Assembly: GCA_964016885.1 (NCBI GenBank)
Contig: OZ024743.1
Coordinates: 344,844,001-344,908,000, forward strand
Direction of reading: 5' to 3'
DNA from: Eledone cirrhosa
Lineage: Eukaryota
DNA: 64,000 nt
Position 1 is the stretch's first letter. Each line of letters opens with the position of its first letter. A model generated the notes under the pieces. That model saw only the letters and a list, made by a program, of their open reading frames with translations, was not told where the DNA came from and made no database searches. Both the position numbers and the translations under genes were made by a program. Of the stretch, positions 1-17,120 are shown in pieces.

Positions 1-407
1 AGATTAATCCAAGCAAGCAGGAATAGATGAGGGTACTGGTTGATTGATCGAATGTCAGTTTGTAAGTTATACCTTGCCGAAAGGAAAGAAAAGTAAATAT
101 TGTCAGGAATTGAACCTAGAATATAAAGTAATGAAATAATTTTATAAGAATAGTTATTAATGGTAGGACAACCAGTAAATATTATTTGTACATATACACA
201 GTTTATACAACAAACACTTTGCAGTAAATTCGAAATCTTCCCAGGTCAAATTTTCCTTCATCAATAAATAAAATACCACTCGACTTCATGAGTCGAATTT
301 TTTTCTTTTTTTAAATTCGGTCACACTACAGTTGGGGATTGTATTGAGTTCACTCCAATGGTCCCTTACTTCAAGCAAATAGAAGAAAGTTTAACGAGGG
401 TTTAACA

Positions 408-730
408 CAGAGGTTCTCAAAGTAGGCGCTACCGCCTCCCGTGGGGAGTTGAGAAGGTCCATGGGGGCGCTGTGTATTAAGGGGTCGCTAGAGATGATAT
501 AATATTATATTAAATATCAAACGATACATCTATATAAATATAGTAAAATAATATATATTTATATATACATAGTATACATTATATAAATCATGTATAAATT
601 AATGATTTTATGTATTATATATTACTTACAATTTGGGTGTAGGCAGGTCTCTCTGGAAACAGGAGTGGGGGCGGTGAGGGTATTAGGTGGCCGTAAGGGG
701 ATGATGGCCCCAAAAGTTTGAGAACCTCTG
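408..730. mobile_element. hAT (Charlie/Buster-like) MITE
   Basis: 14-bp perfect TIRs CAGAGGTTCTCAAA / TTTGAGAACCTCTG; 8-bp TSD GTTTAACA (400-407) / GTCTAACA (731-738) with central TA; no ORF. Confidence 0.85.
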
Positions 731-1159
731 GTCTAACACATCATCTCCTTTTGCACACGACAAGGTATTCACAGATTATGGTTGTGAAATGACCAGAGAG
801 CGATGCGACTGAAAACATTACAGAATTACAAACATTCTATACGTTGTCTATTTCAGGCACTTGCAAAGTGGGACCTGCTGATAGATGTTGTGGGTTAGAG
901 AAATAAGATGTTTTTAGTAAAATTTATTTAACCTTTTGTATATGAATAAATCTTCTCTTTTAAAACGAATTTTGTTTCATTTAATATGTTATTGATATTA
1001 GGTTTTCGAGAACCGTCCGTAAAATACTATTATGGGTTAACTGTATATTTTGGAGTATATCTATCTATAGAGACACATTAGTTTGTATGGATGTATAGAG
1101 ACACACTTACACACACACCAACCACACACACACACATAAAATATCATAAAATAAAAGTT

Positions 1160-4648
<3,489 letters not shown>

Positions 4649-4652
<4 letters not shown>

Positions 4653-6681
4653 TATAGACATAGAATATTCGAAAATATTCTGTATGTTTATAATAAACAT
4701 TTTGAAGACCTAATCGCTATAGAATAGAATACGTCACGTATTACAATTAGATTCTCGATAAAAGCAAGGGAAGTAAATCTACGCGTTTCATTCTTATTAG
4801 AAATCGTCAGGACTACATATCCAGTGCTTTCATCGAGAATGACACAGCTAGAGACTTATAGAATACTTAGCTGTGTACAGGAACTGGTTTGAAAGAGCGG
4901 TTGCCGGTCCGGCAGAAATTAGAAATTGGAATAAATGCTCTGAAATAGCGATATATATGTGAATATAGACATAGAATATTCGAAAATATTCTGTATGTTT
5001 ATAATAAACATTTTGAAGACCTAATCGCTATAGAATAGAATACGTCACGTATTACAATTAGATTCTCGATAAAAGCAAGGGAAGTAAATCTACGCGTTTC
5101 ATTCTTATTAGAAATCGTCAGGACTACATATCCAGTGCTTTCATCGAGAATGACACAGCTAGAGACTTATAGAATACTTAGCTGTGTACAGGAACTGGTT
5201 TGAAAGAGCGGTTGCCGGTCCGGCAGAAATTAGAAATTGGAATAAATGCTCTGAAATAGCGATATATATGTGAATATAGACATAGAATATTCGAAAATAT
5301 TCTGTATGTTTATAATAAACATTTTGAAGACCTAATCGCTATAGAATAGAATACGTCACGTATTACAATTAGATTCTCGATAAAAGCAAGGGAAGTAAAT
5401 CTACGCGTTTCATTCTTATTAGAAATCGTCAGGACTACATATCCAGTGCTTTCATCGAGAATGACACAGCTAGAGACTTATAGAATACTTAGCTGTGTAC
5501 AGGAACTGGTTTGAAAGAGCGGTTGCCGGTCCGGCAGAAATTAGAAATTGGAATAAATGCTCTGAAATAGCGATATATATGTGAATATAGACATAGAATA
5601 TTCGAAAATATTCTGTATGTTTATAATAAACATTTTGAAGACCTAATCGCTATAGAATAGAATACGTCACGTATTACAATTAGATTCTCGATAAAAGCAA
5701 GGGAAGTAAATCTACGCGTTTCATTCTTATTAGAAATCGTCAGGACTACATATCCAGTGCTTTCATCGAGAATGACACAGCTAGAGACTTATAGAATACT
5801 TAGCTGTGTACAGGAACTGGTTTGAAAGAGCGGTTGCCGGTCCGGCAGAAATTAGAAATTGGAATAAATGCTCTGAAATAGCGATATATATGTGAATATA
5901 GACATAGAATATTCGAAAATATTCTGTATGTTTATAATAAACATTTTGAAGACCTAATCGCTATAGAATAGAATACGTCACGTATTACAATTAGATTCTC
6001 GATAAAAGCAAGGGAAGTAAATCTACGCGTTTCATTCTTATTAGAAATCGTCAGGACTACATATCCAGTGCTTTCATCGAGAATGACACAGCTAGAGACT
6101 TATAGAATACTTAGCTGTGTACAGGAACTGGTTTGAAAGAGCGGTTGCCGGTCCGGCAGAAATTAGAAATTGGAATAAATGCTCTGAAATAGCGATATAT
6201 ATGTGAATATAGACATAGAATATTCGAAAATATTCTGTATGTTTATAATAAACATTTTGAAGACCTAATCGCTATAGAATAGAATACGTCACGTATTACA
6301 ATTAGATTCTCGATAAAAGCAAGGGAAGTAAATCTACGCGTTTCATTCTTATTAGAAATCGTCAGGACTACATATCCAGTGCTTTCATCGAGAATGACAC
6401 AGCTAGAGACTTATAGAATACTTAGCTGTGTACAGGAACTGGTTTGAAAGAGCGGTTGCCGGTCCGGCAGAAATTAGAAATTGGAATAAATGCTCTGAAA
6501 TAGCGATATATATGTGAATATAGACATAGAATATTCGAAAATATTCTGTATGTTTATAATAAACATTTTGAAGACCTAATCGCTATAGAATAGAATACGT
6601 CACGTATTACAATTAGATTCTCGATAAAAGCAAGGGAAGTAAATCTACGCGTTTCATTCTTATTAGAAATCGTCAGGACTA
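4649..6681 (-). repeat. Tandem array of a 311-bp hammerhead-containing unit (~6.5 copies; retrozyme / Penelope pLTR-like)
   Basis: Unit motif AATATAGACA recurs at 4651, 4962, 5273, 5584, 5895, 6206, 6517; copies look identical; each has a minus-strand hammerhead. Confidence 0.92.
4773..4816 (-). ncRNA. Minimal type I hammerhead ribozyme (first array copy; repeats every 311 bp)
   Basis: Minus strand GUAGUC-CUGACGA-UUUCU AAUA AGAAU-GAAA-CGCG-UA-GAUUUAC: intact core, stem II, palindromic stem III ACGCGU, GUA cleavage triplet, stem I GUAGUC/GAUUUAC. Confidence 0.88.
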
Positions 6682-6682
6682 T

Positions 6683-6884
6683 GTAGTCCTGACGATTTCT
6701 AATAAGAATGAAACGCGTAGATTTACTTCCCTTGCTTTTATCGAGAATCTAATTGTAATACGTGACGTATTCTATTCTATAGCGATTAGGTCTTCAAAAT
6801 GTTTATTATAAACATACAGAATATTTTCGAATATTCTATGTCTATATTCACATATATATCGCTATTTCAGAGCATTTATTCCAA
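6683..6884 (+). repeat. Inverted terminal arm of the 311-bp array, with plus-strand hammerhead at 6683-6726
   Basis: Reverse complement of ~6481-6681 with essentially no spacer (GGACTA-TG-TAGTCC); ends in (TA)n. Confidence 0.92.
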
Positions 6885-8033
6885 TATATATATATATATA
6901 TATACATAAATGTTTATACAGGAACTCAAATATAGTACATATATTGGTATTTAAGCATGCATGATATTTATATGTCAAGTGACGTTGCATAAGGTTTTAG
7001 CCGGCGGCAAGCTGGATTTGACATCTGCGTTCCAAATTTGGCTGAGGTTATTTGTTTCCATCCACTAATGGCATTAGGAATTGTATGAGCACCACAAAAT
7101 CTACTTCTTCCTCGCGCTATAAAAGAAAGTCTGATCACTTGCACATCTGAAGTTTTCATCGGTTTCTTTGGTTTTATTTTTTTCATTAGAATATTGACCG
7201 ATCCCTATTACTTTTTTCGCTGCGCTTTCTGAATTCTGAGTTCAAATCTTACAGGGGCCAACTTCACTTCTTATCATTTCGAGGTCTAGTAACAACCCAA
7301 TATTGGAGGCTGAGTCTTTCTCTATATCTGTTGCCTCCACCCCCTCCGCTCCTTCTTTTCTTGTTCTCATGAAGACATCGGCTGTTACCCATTAGGAATT
7401 ACAAGTTTATACATACATTCTAGTACATAACACTTGAAAACAAAACCAACTGATATGGTTCAATATTCGTATTAATTATCTATTTGTCCTTCAGTTTTTA
7501 TTAGTTTTAATCAGCAAGTAGTAGACCAAGCTGCTGTAACAAACACGGTTTAAGGGTATTCGATCTGGCACAATTGTTAGTCCGTTCGATATTCGTTCTG
7601 TCTCTCTTCGTTTTGAGCTCAAATCATGCAGCGAACCATTTTGCTTTTTTAATCTATAAGGTAATATAGACTTTTCGATAAAACATATTCTATCCCAGTA
7701 CCGGTGAGGCCCTTCCCCACTGTCAGATGCTAGATATTCCAGTGGATGAAAGGAGAAAGGGACGAGAGAGTATCAGTTTGCCGATATCTTAAAATATATA
7801 CATTTTTTCAATTCACTTTTAAAAATGATTAAAATCTATTGATCAAGGATTAAAAAAATCACGATTTCAGATGTATTCAAATTACTATCAATCTAAATGT
7901 ATGCATTACGTACCTACATATGTATGTATTTATGTATGTATGTACGTCGTACGTACGTATGTATGTATGTATGTATGTATGTATGTATGTATGTATGTAT
8001 GTATGTATGTATGTATGTATGTATGTATGTTAT

Positions 8034-8642
8034 GTCAGGTCACCAGTTGGTGCTACTGGTAACATGTATCCCAGTACAACCTGTCTCATGGTCGGGTCGT
8101 TGGCGACTAAACTGGCAACCCCACCAAGGTTTCTTGGTGAGGAAGGTGACTTTAGACATCCTGCAGGACTAAAAACAAAACCTGTCAAAGGGCAAAGGAG
8201 TTCTTAAGAGTCAATGGCCATCCAAAATCACCGGGAGAGATGACCCCTTAGCCTTTGTCAAGGCAGAATTCTAGGAGAAGGAAAACTCTGATATAACACC
8301 TGCAACCCTGATGGTATCCAATGATGTTGACTTGTTCTTCTTTTTGGTAAATATCATCTTGGTTAAGAGAGTGGGACTGGCTTTGTGCAGTGCCTTTGCT
8401 AACTATAAAAGCTTCACGGCACAGGCATTGCTTTATATCTGGAGATCTCTCTGCACTTGTTGTCACATGGTACCATGGGCCCAGCACTATGAGTCAATAA
8501 TTGTCACAAGTTTAGTGTTTGTAACAGAGTTTTCAAGTCGCTGGCTGGACTAAAAATTCACACTCGTTCAGCGCATCGGTAAGGGTTCTCCTACATGGAT
8601 ATGAAGTAGTGGCCGTACTCGAAAACGAGTTGGCAGCCACCA
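8034..8642 (+). mobile_element. ~610-bp putative non-autonomous retroelement, copy 1, in (TATG)n
   Basis: Near-identical copies at 8757 and 20092 with the same ends (GTCAGGTCACC... / ...GCAGCCACCATGTATG); TATG tail. Confidence 0.75.
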
Positions 8643-8756
8643 TGTATGTATGTATGTATGTATGTATGTATGTATGTATGTATGTATGTATGTATGTATG
8701 TATGTATGTATGTATGTATGTATGTATGTATGTATGTGTGTATGTATGTATTATAT

Positions 8757-9366
8757 GTCAGGTCACCAGTTGGTGCTACTGGTAACATGTATCCCAGTAT
8801 AACCTGTCTCATGGTCGGGTCGTTGGCGACTAAACTGGCAACCCCGCCAAGGTTTCTTGGTGAGGAGGGTGACTTTGGACATCCTGCAGGACTAAAAACA
8901 AAACCTGTCAAAAGGCAAAGGAGCTCTTAAGAGTCAATGGCCATCCAAAATCACCGGGAGAGATGAACCCTTAGCCTTTGTCAAGGCAGAATTCTAGGAG
9001 AAGGAATACTCTGATATAACACCTGCAACCCTGATGGTATCCAATGATGTTGACTTGTTCTTCTTTTTGGTAAATATCATCTTGGTTAAGAGAGTGGGAC
9101 TGGCTTTGTGCAGTGCCTTTGCTCACTATAAAAGCTTCACGGCACAGGCATAGCTTTATATCTGGAGATCTCTCTGCACTTGTCGTCACATGGTACCATG
9201 GGCCCAGCACTATGTGTCAGTAATTGTCACAAGTGTAGTGTTTGTACCAGAGTTTTTTTAAGTCGCTGGCTGGACTAAAAAGTCACACTCGTTCAGCGCA
9301 TCGATAGGGGTTCTCCTACATGGATATAAAGTAGTCACCGTACTCGAAAACGAGTTGGCAGCCTTG
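8757..9366 (+). mobile_element. ~610-bp putative non-autonomous retroelement, copy 2
   Basis: Direct repeat of 8034-8642 separated by (TATG)n. Confidence 0.75.
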
Positions 9367-9392
9367 CATGTATGTATGTATGTATGTATGTA

Positions 9393-9950
9393 TCCTGAAA
9401 AAACCTTTGAATGGTGAGCTTTGTAAAGGTAAGAAACCATCTAACAAACCAAAGAACCGATTCGAAGGTTGTGTAAAGGCCTTATTGAAAAAAATTGGTT
9501 TGATGGTGGCTGACTGGGAGAGAGAAGCTCTTGAAAGAGAAACTTGGCGTGGAACGGTGAATGATGGGGTCCATAATTTTAAGGACAGACCCATAGAGCA
9601 CGAGAAGATCAAACGGGGTGTGCGTAAGCAATGCCCTGGTGTATCTCTCGAAACGATCGGTGTCTCCATTAAATTGAAGTGCCCTAAGTGTGGACAAATT
9701 TGCTTGAGCTAATCTGGTCTCAGGAGCCACAGTGACAGTCATGTTCAAAGAGAACCAGTGAACTATAATCTCCACGGTATTGTGAAGGTTCACAGGCAAG
9801 CTGATGCAAGACCTCAGGTCAGAGAGATCCATAGTTGTCGATGTGCGAAAGAGTGCAATTGTCTAACAGGCTTGAAAGCCATATGCAAGCGTCGCACATG
9901 TGAATGTGACAAGCGATTGCAATACACTTAGCAGAGATTGCAGCCATCAT
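9393..9950 (+). mobile_element. RTE-clade LINE 3' fragment (5'-truncated, decayed)
   Basis: GELCKGKKPSNKPKNRFEGCVK...WEREALERETWR...CPKCGQICLS*SGLRSH resembles the RTE/BovB C-terminus with zinc fingers; ends GCAGCCATCATGTATG. Confidence 0.75.
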
Positions 9951-9992
9951 GTATGTTTGTATGCATGCATGTACGTATGTTCTGCGTAAGTT

Positions 9993-10035
9993 TCACTGAT
10001 GAAAGATTAACAAATCTTGAAACAACTTTGTTTGA
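9993..10035 (+). ncRNA. Type I hammerhead motif (solo)
   Basis: UCA-CUGAUGA-AAGAUU AACA AAUCUU-GAAA-CAA CU UUG-UU-UGA: intact core, perfect 6-bp stem II, GUU triplet, short stem I. Confidence 0.72.
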
Positions 10036-10173
10036 CACTCTCAGAATATACTGGCAACTTTACTATATACTCATAAAGGAAAATAGAGAAAAATAAAATT
10101 CTTTTCGTTTCGTTCTATTACGGAAAAAATAATAACGCATGATATATCTTTATATATATCTTCATATACACCC

Positions 10174-10295
<122 letters not shown>

Positions 10296-10346
10296 GTATA
10301 TATATATATATATATACATATATATGTATATATATATATATAAGAA

Positions 10347-10688
10347 AAAGACCCCCTTCCGTCACGAATGACCATGTATTTTGCTTTGCATCTAGAAAGA
10401 TCCTCTGCGAAGCACAGAACATGATAAGTTTATTTTGTGGAAGACAAGCAGTTGCACACGCATACCAGTCTCCCCTCTCCATGCCATAGATGTTGTCCAA
10501 GGGAAAGGCAAGAGCTGACACAGCTTGGCACTGGTGACATCGTACCTCATTTTTACAGCTGGGTGAACTGGAGAAATGTGAAATGAAGTGTCTTGTTGAA
10601 AGACATAACGCATCACCCTGTCTGAGCGTCGAACTTACAATCTCACAATTGTAAATCCAAATTTCTAACCACTACGTTTCGCGCTGCC
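10347..10688 (-). mobile_element. tRNA-derived CORE-type SINE
   Basis: Minus-strand A box (TAGTGGTTAG), B-box-like GTTCGACGC, CORE-like CAAGACACTTCATTTCAC...CCAGCTGTAAAAATG. Confidence 0.7.
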
Positions 10689-10986
10689 ACTCACTCCAAC
10701 TCTCTAGCTAATTAAGATTAGTAAGAACATTATTCAAATTTCGTATGAGTGTAGTTTTTATAATATATATACTGTATATAAAAATTATAAGTGTGAAGAG
10801 CAAATAGACCAAAATATACCTAATTACTCAGGCCATGAGGTTATCGGCTTGTCAAAAGGCTCCCGTAATGAAAGGACATATTTCTCGAACTGATCGCTAC
10901 CAATAACATTTTCAAGGAGAATTATATATACATATATATCAGAAGTACGTGAGTTGCATATATAGTTTGTGGATATTTCGAGCTCC

Positions 10987-11074
10987 ATGCATTACATATA
11001 TATACTGTATGCATTACATATATATACTGTATGCATTACATATATATACTGTATGCATTACATATATATACTGT
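10987..11074. repeat. 22-bp minisatellite x4
   Basis: ATGCATTACATATATATACTGT repeated four times. Confidence 0.9.
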
Positions 11075-11152
11075 ATGAAAATTTGAACATGTGAGTCTCA
11101 ATCATAAACTTATAAAGTTATGTACGTATGTGTATAATAGAAATAGATTTTA

Positions 11153-11300
11153 GCAGGAGTTCCGTCACCTCCTACGATGAGGGTTCCAGTTCTTTGATCA
11201 ACGGGACAGCCTACTCGAGAAATTAACTTGCGAGTGGCTGAGCATTCCAGGAACACGCACTTTCTCAACGTATTCCCACTGTTTAAAAATATACAGGTAG
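11153..11300 (-). mobile_element. Fragment of a common octopus-type SINE
   Basis: GGGTTCCAGTT...GATCAACGGGACAGCCT...GAAATTAAC...GTGGCTGAGCATTCC recognised from memory as an abundant octopus repeat; partial match at ~52840-52910. Confidence 0.55.
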
Positions 11301-12447
11301 TAGTCTTAATCCATCGCACAGTTAAGAACATCATCTGGCCATTTGGTGCTTTTTGCAGACTCACTTCTATAGCATGAATCCGGGGCAAGTCTTTGCTTAT
11401 AGTTCTTCCTCACCTTTTAATACAATTTCCATCTGTCTTGTAGACTCGGAAGTAGGAAATGGGCTCTGTTTAGTCCCAAATCAAAAATGATAATCAGATG
11501 GTTTAATCCGTTACTCGATCCTGGCGCTTGTGTCTTTAGCGGCATCAATTCTTTTGCAAGCATCCGAGGCAGTTCCTTATTCTTCTTCTTCTTCCCTTTC
11601 CATGTTTCTTCATTTTTTGTCTTACTTTCCTTCTCACGTTCTTTCATTCGGTCTTTTTTTTTTTAATTCATTCCTTTTCTTTCTATCTTTCTTCCTTTCT
11701 TTATTCATTCATTCCGATATTCTTCTGCTCTTTTCTATGTCTGTCGTTTCCTTCAAATATTTTGTTTTCCCTCAAGTTTAGTCGTTCATTTCTTCTTTTT
11801 CAATCTCTTTTCTATTTCTCTTCACTAATTCATTCCTCTCTATATTCCATGCTAATTTCCATTCTTCCTTCGACCTTTTCTTATCCTGTCCTCAATTTTT
11901 ATCTTTTTCGCCCCCATTTACCCCTCCTTAACCCTCCCACTATCTCACCCTCACCCTTTCCTTCCCTTTCTTCCACCCCTCTCTCATTCAGTCCCCCTGT
12001 CTCCACCTCTTTCTGTCTTTGTTCTATGTCTCTCATTCTTCTTCTCTCCATTTCACATTTTCTTCCATTCAATGACCCAAGCATTCATTTTCCTGATCAT
12101 CTATTTATTCATTTCATTTCATTTCATTGCATTGCATTGCATTTCATTTTCCTTCATTGTTTGTCTGTTAATAACATCGTCACCTTCACAGTCCCTAATG
12201 TTCCAACTCCACTGCGTATCATCCACTTCTGCCATGCCCCTGCCTCCATCCATCCTATTCCAGACACTACCACACACCGCTCCTATTTCACACCGTACTG
12301 TTTTCTTGTGTTCCTGTATAACTCTTTACTTATTACATTGGCAACATTTTGCTGCCAATTTTGGCTCAGCTGACCAGTTGGCCTCCACCCACACCTCCAC
12401 ACACTCACACATACATACATGCATACATACATACATACATACATACA

Positions 12448-12515
<68 letters not shown>

Positions 12516-12521
12516 CATACA

Positions 12522-12557
<36 letters not shown>

Positions 12558-12562
12558 TATAC

Positions 12563-12684
<122 letters not shown>

Positions 12685-12778
12685 ACAACACTCCTCCCAT
12701 TAGCACCAACTCCTCAATTTCCCAAAACGCACACATACATACATATATATACATACATACATATATATACATACATAC

Positions 12779-12830
<52 letters not shown>

Positions 12831-12844
12831 ATATATATATGTAT

Positions 12845-12961
<117 letters not shown>

Positions 12962-13342
12962 GTCAACACTACCCCATCATCAGCACCAACTCCACAATTT
13001 CCAAAAACGCAACCATCAATACTACCACAGCCACCACAACCACACCAAAAAGAATAACAACTGCAGCAATCTACTTAACACCACCAACACCCCACAGCAT
13101 TACTACTTCCTCAACCTCAATCAACACCGGCAGCTCAGCTACCATTAACCCCCTCAACCAATCACCACCACCACCTATCTACCAAAAGATAAAATAACAA
13201 ACCCGCAAGGAAGTTTGTGTGTTGTCATTCAAACTTTTAGAAAGAGCAGCCAAATTTCAATCATATCAACCGCTACTACCATGAAGAGAAAAGGACATGC
13301 TGAATAATAGCGTTCCAGATGCAAACAGGCAATTTTATTTTA

Positions 13343-13525
13343 GCAGTATCGGTAGAGCGCCGGGCACGATACTTTGTGGCATATATCTTCGGTCTTTTAC
13401 GCTTTAAGTTCAATTCCCGCCGAAATAAGCTTTGCCGTTCATCCTTACATTATCGATTAAATAAAGTACCAGTAATGCACTGTGTTCAATTTAATCTTCA
13501 AATTGCTGACCTTGTGTCAAACGTA
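13343..13525 (+). mobile_element. tRNA-derived SINE with Nin-like domain (diverged)
   Basis: GCAGTATCGGTAGAG head, GTTCAATTCC B box, TTTGCC-TTCATCCTT...GATTAAATAAAGTACCAGT; homologous to the 39177 family. Confidence 0.75.
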
Positions 13526-14382
13526 TAAGCAATTCTTTTATACTATATATTCTATATAAATTTGTTATTCCATATATTATATAATATATGTATAAATGAA
13601 GTAATTCCGTCGGAAAAGTCCAGGAAAAAATATGTATAAGACATTTTAAAAATGATATATATTATATAATATATATAATTTTTAAAATGTCTTATACAGA
13701 TTTTATAGTAGCCCAACAGACGGGCCCCCGAGAGATATTTCATTTTCCTGAAAAAGCGTTTTGTTCTTGAATAAGGTGGCAAATTGATTAAGTTGCTACT
13801 ACTTCAGATAGAATATCATATGCTATTTCTTCCGAAGACAACATCCATTTGATGTCAATAAAATAAATTACCAATCCATTGAGTTGGATTGGCGGAGTTG
13901 TTAACGCGTCCGACTTGATATCTTGTGATATCTGTTTCAACTCGGTACTTTTCGATAAAATTATACCTAACACTGCTTGAATATATACTGATCTTCATGA
14001 AAGTGGTTGTTTGCAATTAGTTGAATGAACAGTTCCTTGAAAATATAGTTTATAGCTAACCTGTTTCTTGATAGATCTCCAGATCTTCCCCATATCTATT
14101 TCTTTTGATGGAATCCTACAAATCAAAGGTGTACGACACTCAATCTATAGTCAAAACGAAATAGAAAGAACGTATTATAGTTGCATTTAGCGAGATCACA
14201 GACATGATGTGACAGAAAACTCTACTCGAATATCATATATGTATATACCTTTCACTTTCAGATTGTTACTCAGTCAATCTTGATCCCTATCCCCATCCCC
14301 CCCCCTAGCTAACACTTCTATTGTTCCCTTCTTTTTCTGTTCTATATTTATAACCTTTCCATTTATATTTGTGTAGCTTTTC

Positions 14383-14436
<54 letters not shown>

Positions 14437-14437
<1 letters not shown>

Positions 14438-14817
14438 TCAGTGTATACTGATTAATGTTCAGAGCCATCCTCAGCATTCTCGTGTAGCACCCATCCACCA
14501 TCTGAGTGAGTTTCTTGGTCAGTCAGTGTCCAAGTCTCAAACCAGTACAGCAGCAGAGACTCCACTACAGCTAAAATGTGACACAGCGGAGACTGAGGTT
14601 AGCTGGACATGCTCACCGACATCCAGTGTAGACATTGCACTCAGTGCTCCTGTGGGAGTCCCTACATGGACACACTGGAAAAGGAAGACCAAGGTTAACG
14701 TATGTTGATGTCCTAAGGAGAGACACTGGTCTGTTGGAGGCGCAGGACATGGCAGCGACAATGAGGGACAGAGACCGCTGGAGAGAACTCGTCCATGGAT
14801 CTCGGGAATTTTACCCG

Positions 14818-14820
<3 letters not shown>
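14437..14820 (+). mobile_element. RTE/RTE-X-like LINE 3' fragment
   Basis: RLRLAGHAHRH...LLWESLHGHTGKGRPRLTYVDVLRRDTG...MRDRDRWRELV; flanked by (TA)n. Confidence 0.7.
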
Positions 14821-14875
<55 letters not shown>

Positions 14876-14879
<4 letters not shown>

Positions 14880-15265
14880 AAATAACAGGAGGCTGGACTG
14901 GTGTAATTCCTTAAAGGTTTATTATACTATGATCATTTCAATGACCGGGTTCAGTTGCCCTCATGTCTCTTGGATTTTGTCTATTATATTCCTTTGTTAT
15001 ATTTCGAATACCTGATGATGTCACCGGATTCATACTGAACCCGGTCATTGAAATGATCATAGTATAATAAACCTTTCAAGGATTTACACCAGTCCAGCCT
15101 CCTGTTATTTTATAATAATTAACTCCGTACTCGCACCACCAACTACACAAACGAAGACGGGTGAGTTGCATTACGTTGAGTGCTCTCCATAATATTACAT
15201 CGAGGTTGACTATACGGAATGACCAGTTCGATCCAGTGGTGAACCAACAAACCTAAATAAATAAA
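14876..15265 (+). mobile_element. Solo Penelope-type pLTR with 5' inverted partial copy
   Basis: 14876-14955 is the reverse complement of ~15034-15113; hammerhead, AATAAA, candidate donor GTGAGT at 15161; (TA)n on both sides. Confidence 0.8.
15009..15064 (+). ncRNA. Type I hammerhead ribozyme
   Basis: UAC-CUGAUGA-[long stem II, ACCGG...CCGGU]-GAAA-UGAUCA-UA-GUA; palindromic stem III; followed by AATAAA. Confidence 0.8.
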
Positions 15266-15344
15266 TATATATATATATATATCTTCCATATACTGTACCG
15301 ATTGTGTTGTTATTTCTGTTTACCTTTTACATACATATTTATAT

Positions 15345-15375
<31 letters not shown>

Positions 15376-15535
15376 CATATATATATAGATTTTGAGTTTA
15401 TGTTGGTTGTATACCAACACCTCAGTATGCAGGCTGGAGCACTCGACGAAGTGCGCAGGTTGGTTTGGTTACTCCGGAGTAGTGTAAAATAAAGTTAAAT
15501 AAAAGTCAAATGATTAAAATTTAGCTTCGTTTATT

Positions 15536-15590
15536 ACTGCTATATATATTTCAGTGACAGCCATCTTTGGCTGTGACCTCTTCAGGCAGT
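15536..15590 (-). ncRNA. Type I hammerhead ribozyme (left arm)
   Basis: Reverse complement of 17066-17120. Confidence 0.85.
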
Positions 15591-17065
15591 TTGAATTAGT
15601 ATGGTATAGACAAGTACATATGTTGTTTAGGTGTATGATATTGTCAATACTCTGATATGCCCAGTTCCTTGTTGGGTTGTTAATTCACTGGGGAACTGGA
15701 GTCATATGAATTCAAACAAACGAATTTTAGTGTCACAGGTCCCCTTCTCCTCTCATTGGTCAGTTATTAGTGTTGTCATTGTTGGAGTTAGCTTAAAAAT
15801 TGATAAAATGGTAGAAGGGACAAGGTGTTGAAGGAACAAAATATCAAAAAATGTGTCAAACTTCCCATTGTTCAGTTCTGAGAGCATTCCTCAGTCAGAA
15901 GTCTATAGAATTCTTTCTGGGGTGAGGCTCCCTGTAGTGTTTATGCCTGCTATTGTTCAGTACATTTGACCTCCACCATTATTTTGGTACTGTTGTTGTT
16001 GTAGTGGTCAGCTTATATCTTGCTGCTGCTAACAATTTAGAAGTATTCAGTTTGTGTTTTCTCTTCATCCCACCCGCCAACATCTATAACACAAACACTT
16101 TTAATTTACCAGATTTCTGACTTTAAAGTTCCAATCTTAAATCTTGATTTCTCTATATTAATTTGTTATTTGTTTTCTGCCCTCTTCACTGTATAACCTT
16201 ATATTTATATTTATTTTAAGTTGAGATAGATTATAACACAAACACATTGAATATCTCATCTTAACATCTTGTATCATACCAATCTATCCAACATATTCTG
16301 ACCTTGAGATTGGTTATAGCACACACACACACACACTTTATCCTACATTATTTCTCACTTCTCCATATACATTATCATTACTTTTTCACCAATCTCTCAT
16401 TTACTCTTTATTCTTTATTCTCTATTTATTTATTTATTTTCAAATTACACAAATTATATTAATTATTTTATTTTATTATATTATTTATTTATCTTCTGTT
16501 TTCTTCATTTATTGCCTTATATTTCTTCATATACATGAAATAACCGCCCCCCCTCCCGCCACCACCACTACGATGGTGGCGGGTGGGATGAAGAGAAAAC
16601 ACAAACTGAATACTTCTAAATTGTTAGCAGCAGCAAGATATAAGCTGACCACTACAACAACAACAGTACCAAAATAATGGTGGAGGTCAAATGTACTGAA
16701 CAATAGCAGGCATAAACACTACAGGGAGCCTCACCCCAGAAAGAATTCTATAGACTTCTGACTGAGGAATGCTCTCAGAACTGAACAATGGGAAGTTTGA
16801 CACATTTTTTGATATTTTGTTCCTTCAACACCTTGTCCCTTCTACCATTTTATCAATTTTTAAGCTAACTCCAACAATGACAACACTAATAACTGACCAA
16901 TGAGAGGAGAAGGGGACCTGTGACACTAAAATTCGTTTGTTTGAATTCATATGACTCCAGTTCCCCAGTGAATTAACAACCCAACAAGGAACTGGGCATA
17001 TCAGAGTATTGACAATATCATACACCTAAACAACATATGTACTTGTCTATACCATACTAATTCAA

Positions 17066-17120
17066 ACTGCCTGAAGAGGTCACAGCCAAAGATGGCTGTC
17101 ACTGAAATATATATAGCAGT
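17066..17120 (+). ncRNA. Type I hammerhead ribozyme (right arm)
   Basis: ACUGC-CUGAAGA-GGUC ACAGCCA AAGA UGGCUGU CACU-GAAA-UAUAUA-UA-GCAGU, then AATAAA. Confidence 0.85.

Noticed and set aside
15631-17025. Identical 66-aa ORF on both strands
   Set aside because: By-product of the inverted repeat; no recognisable motif
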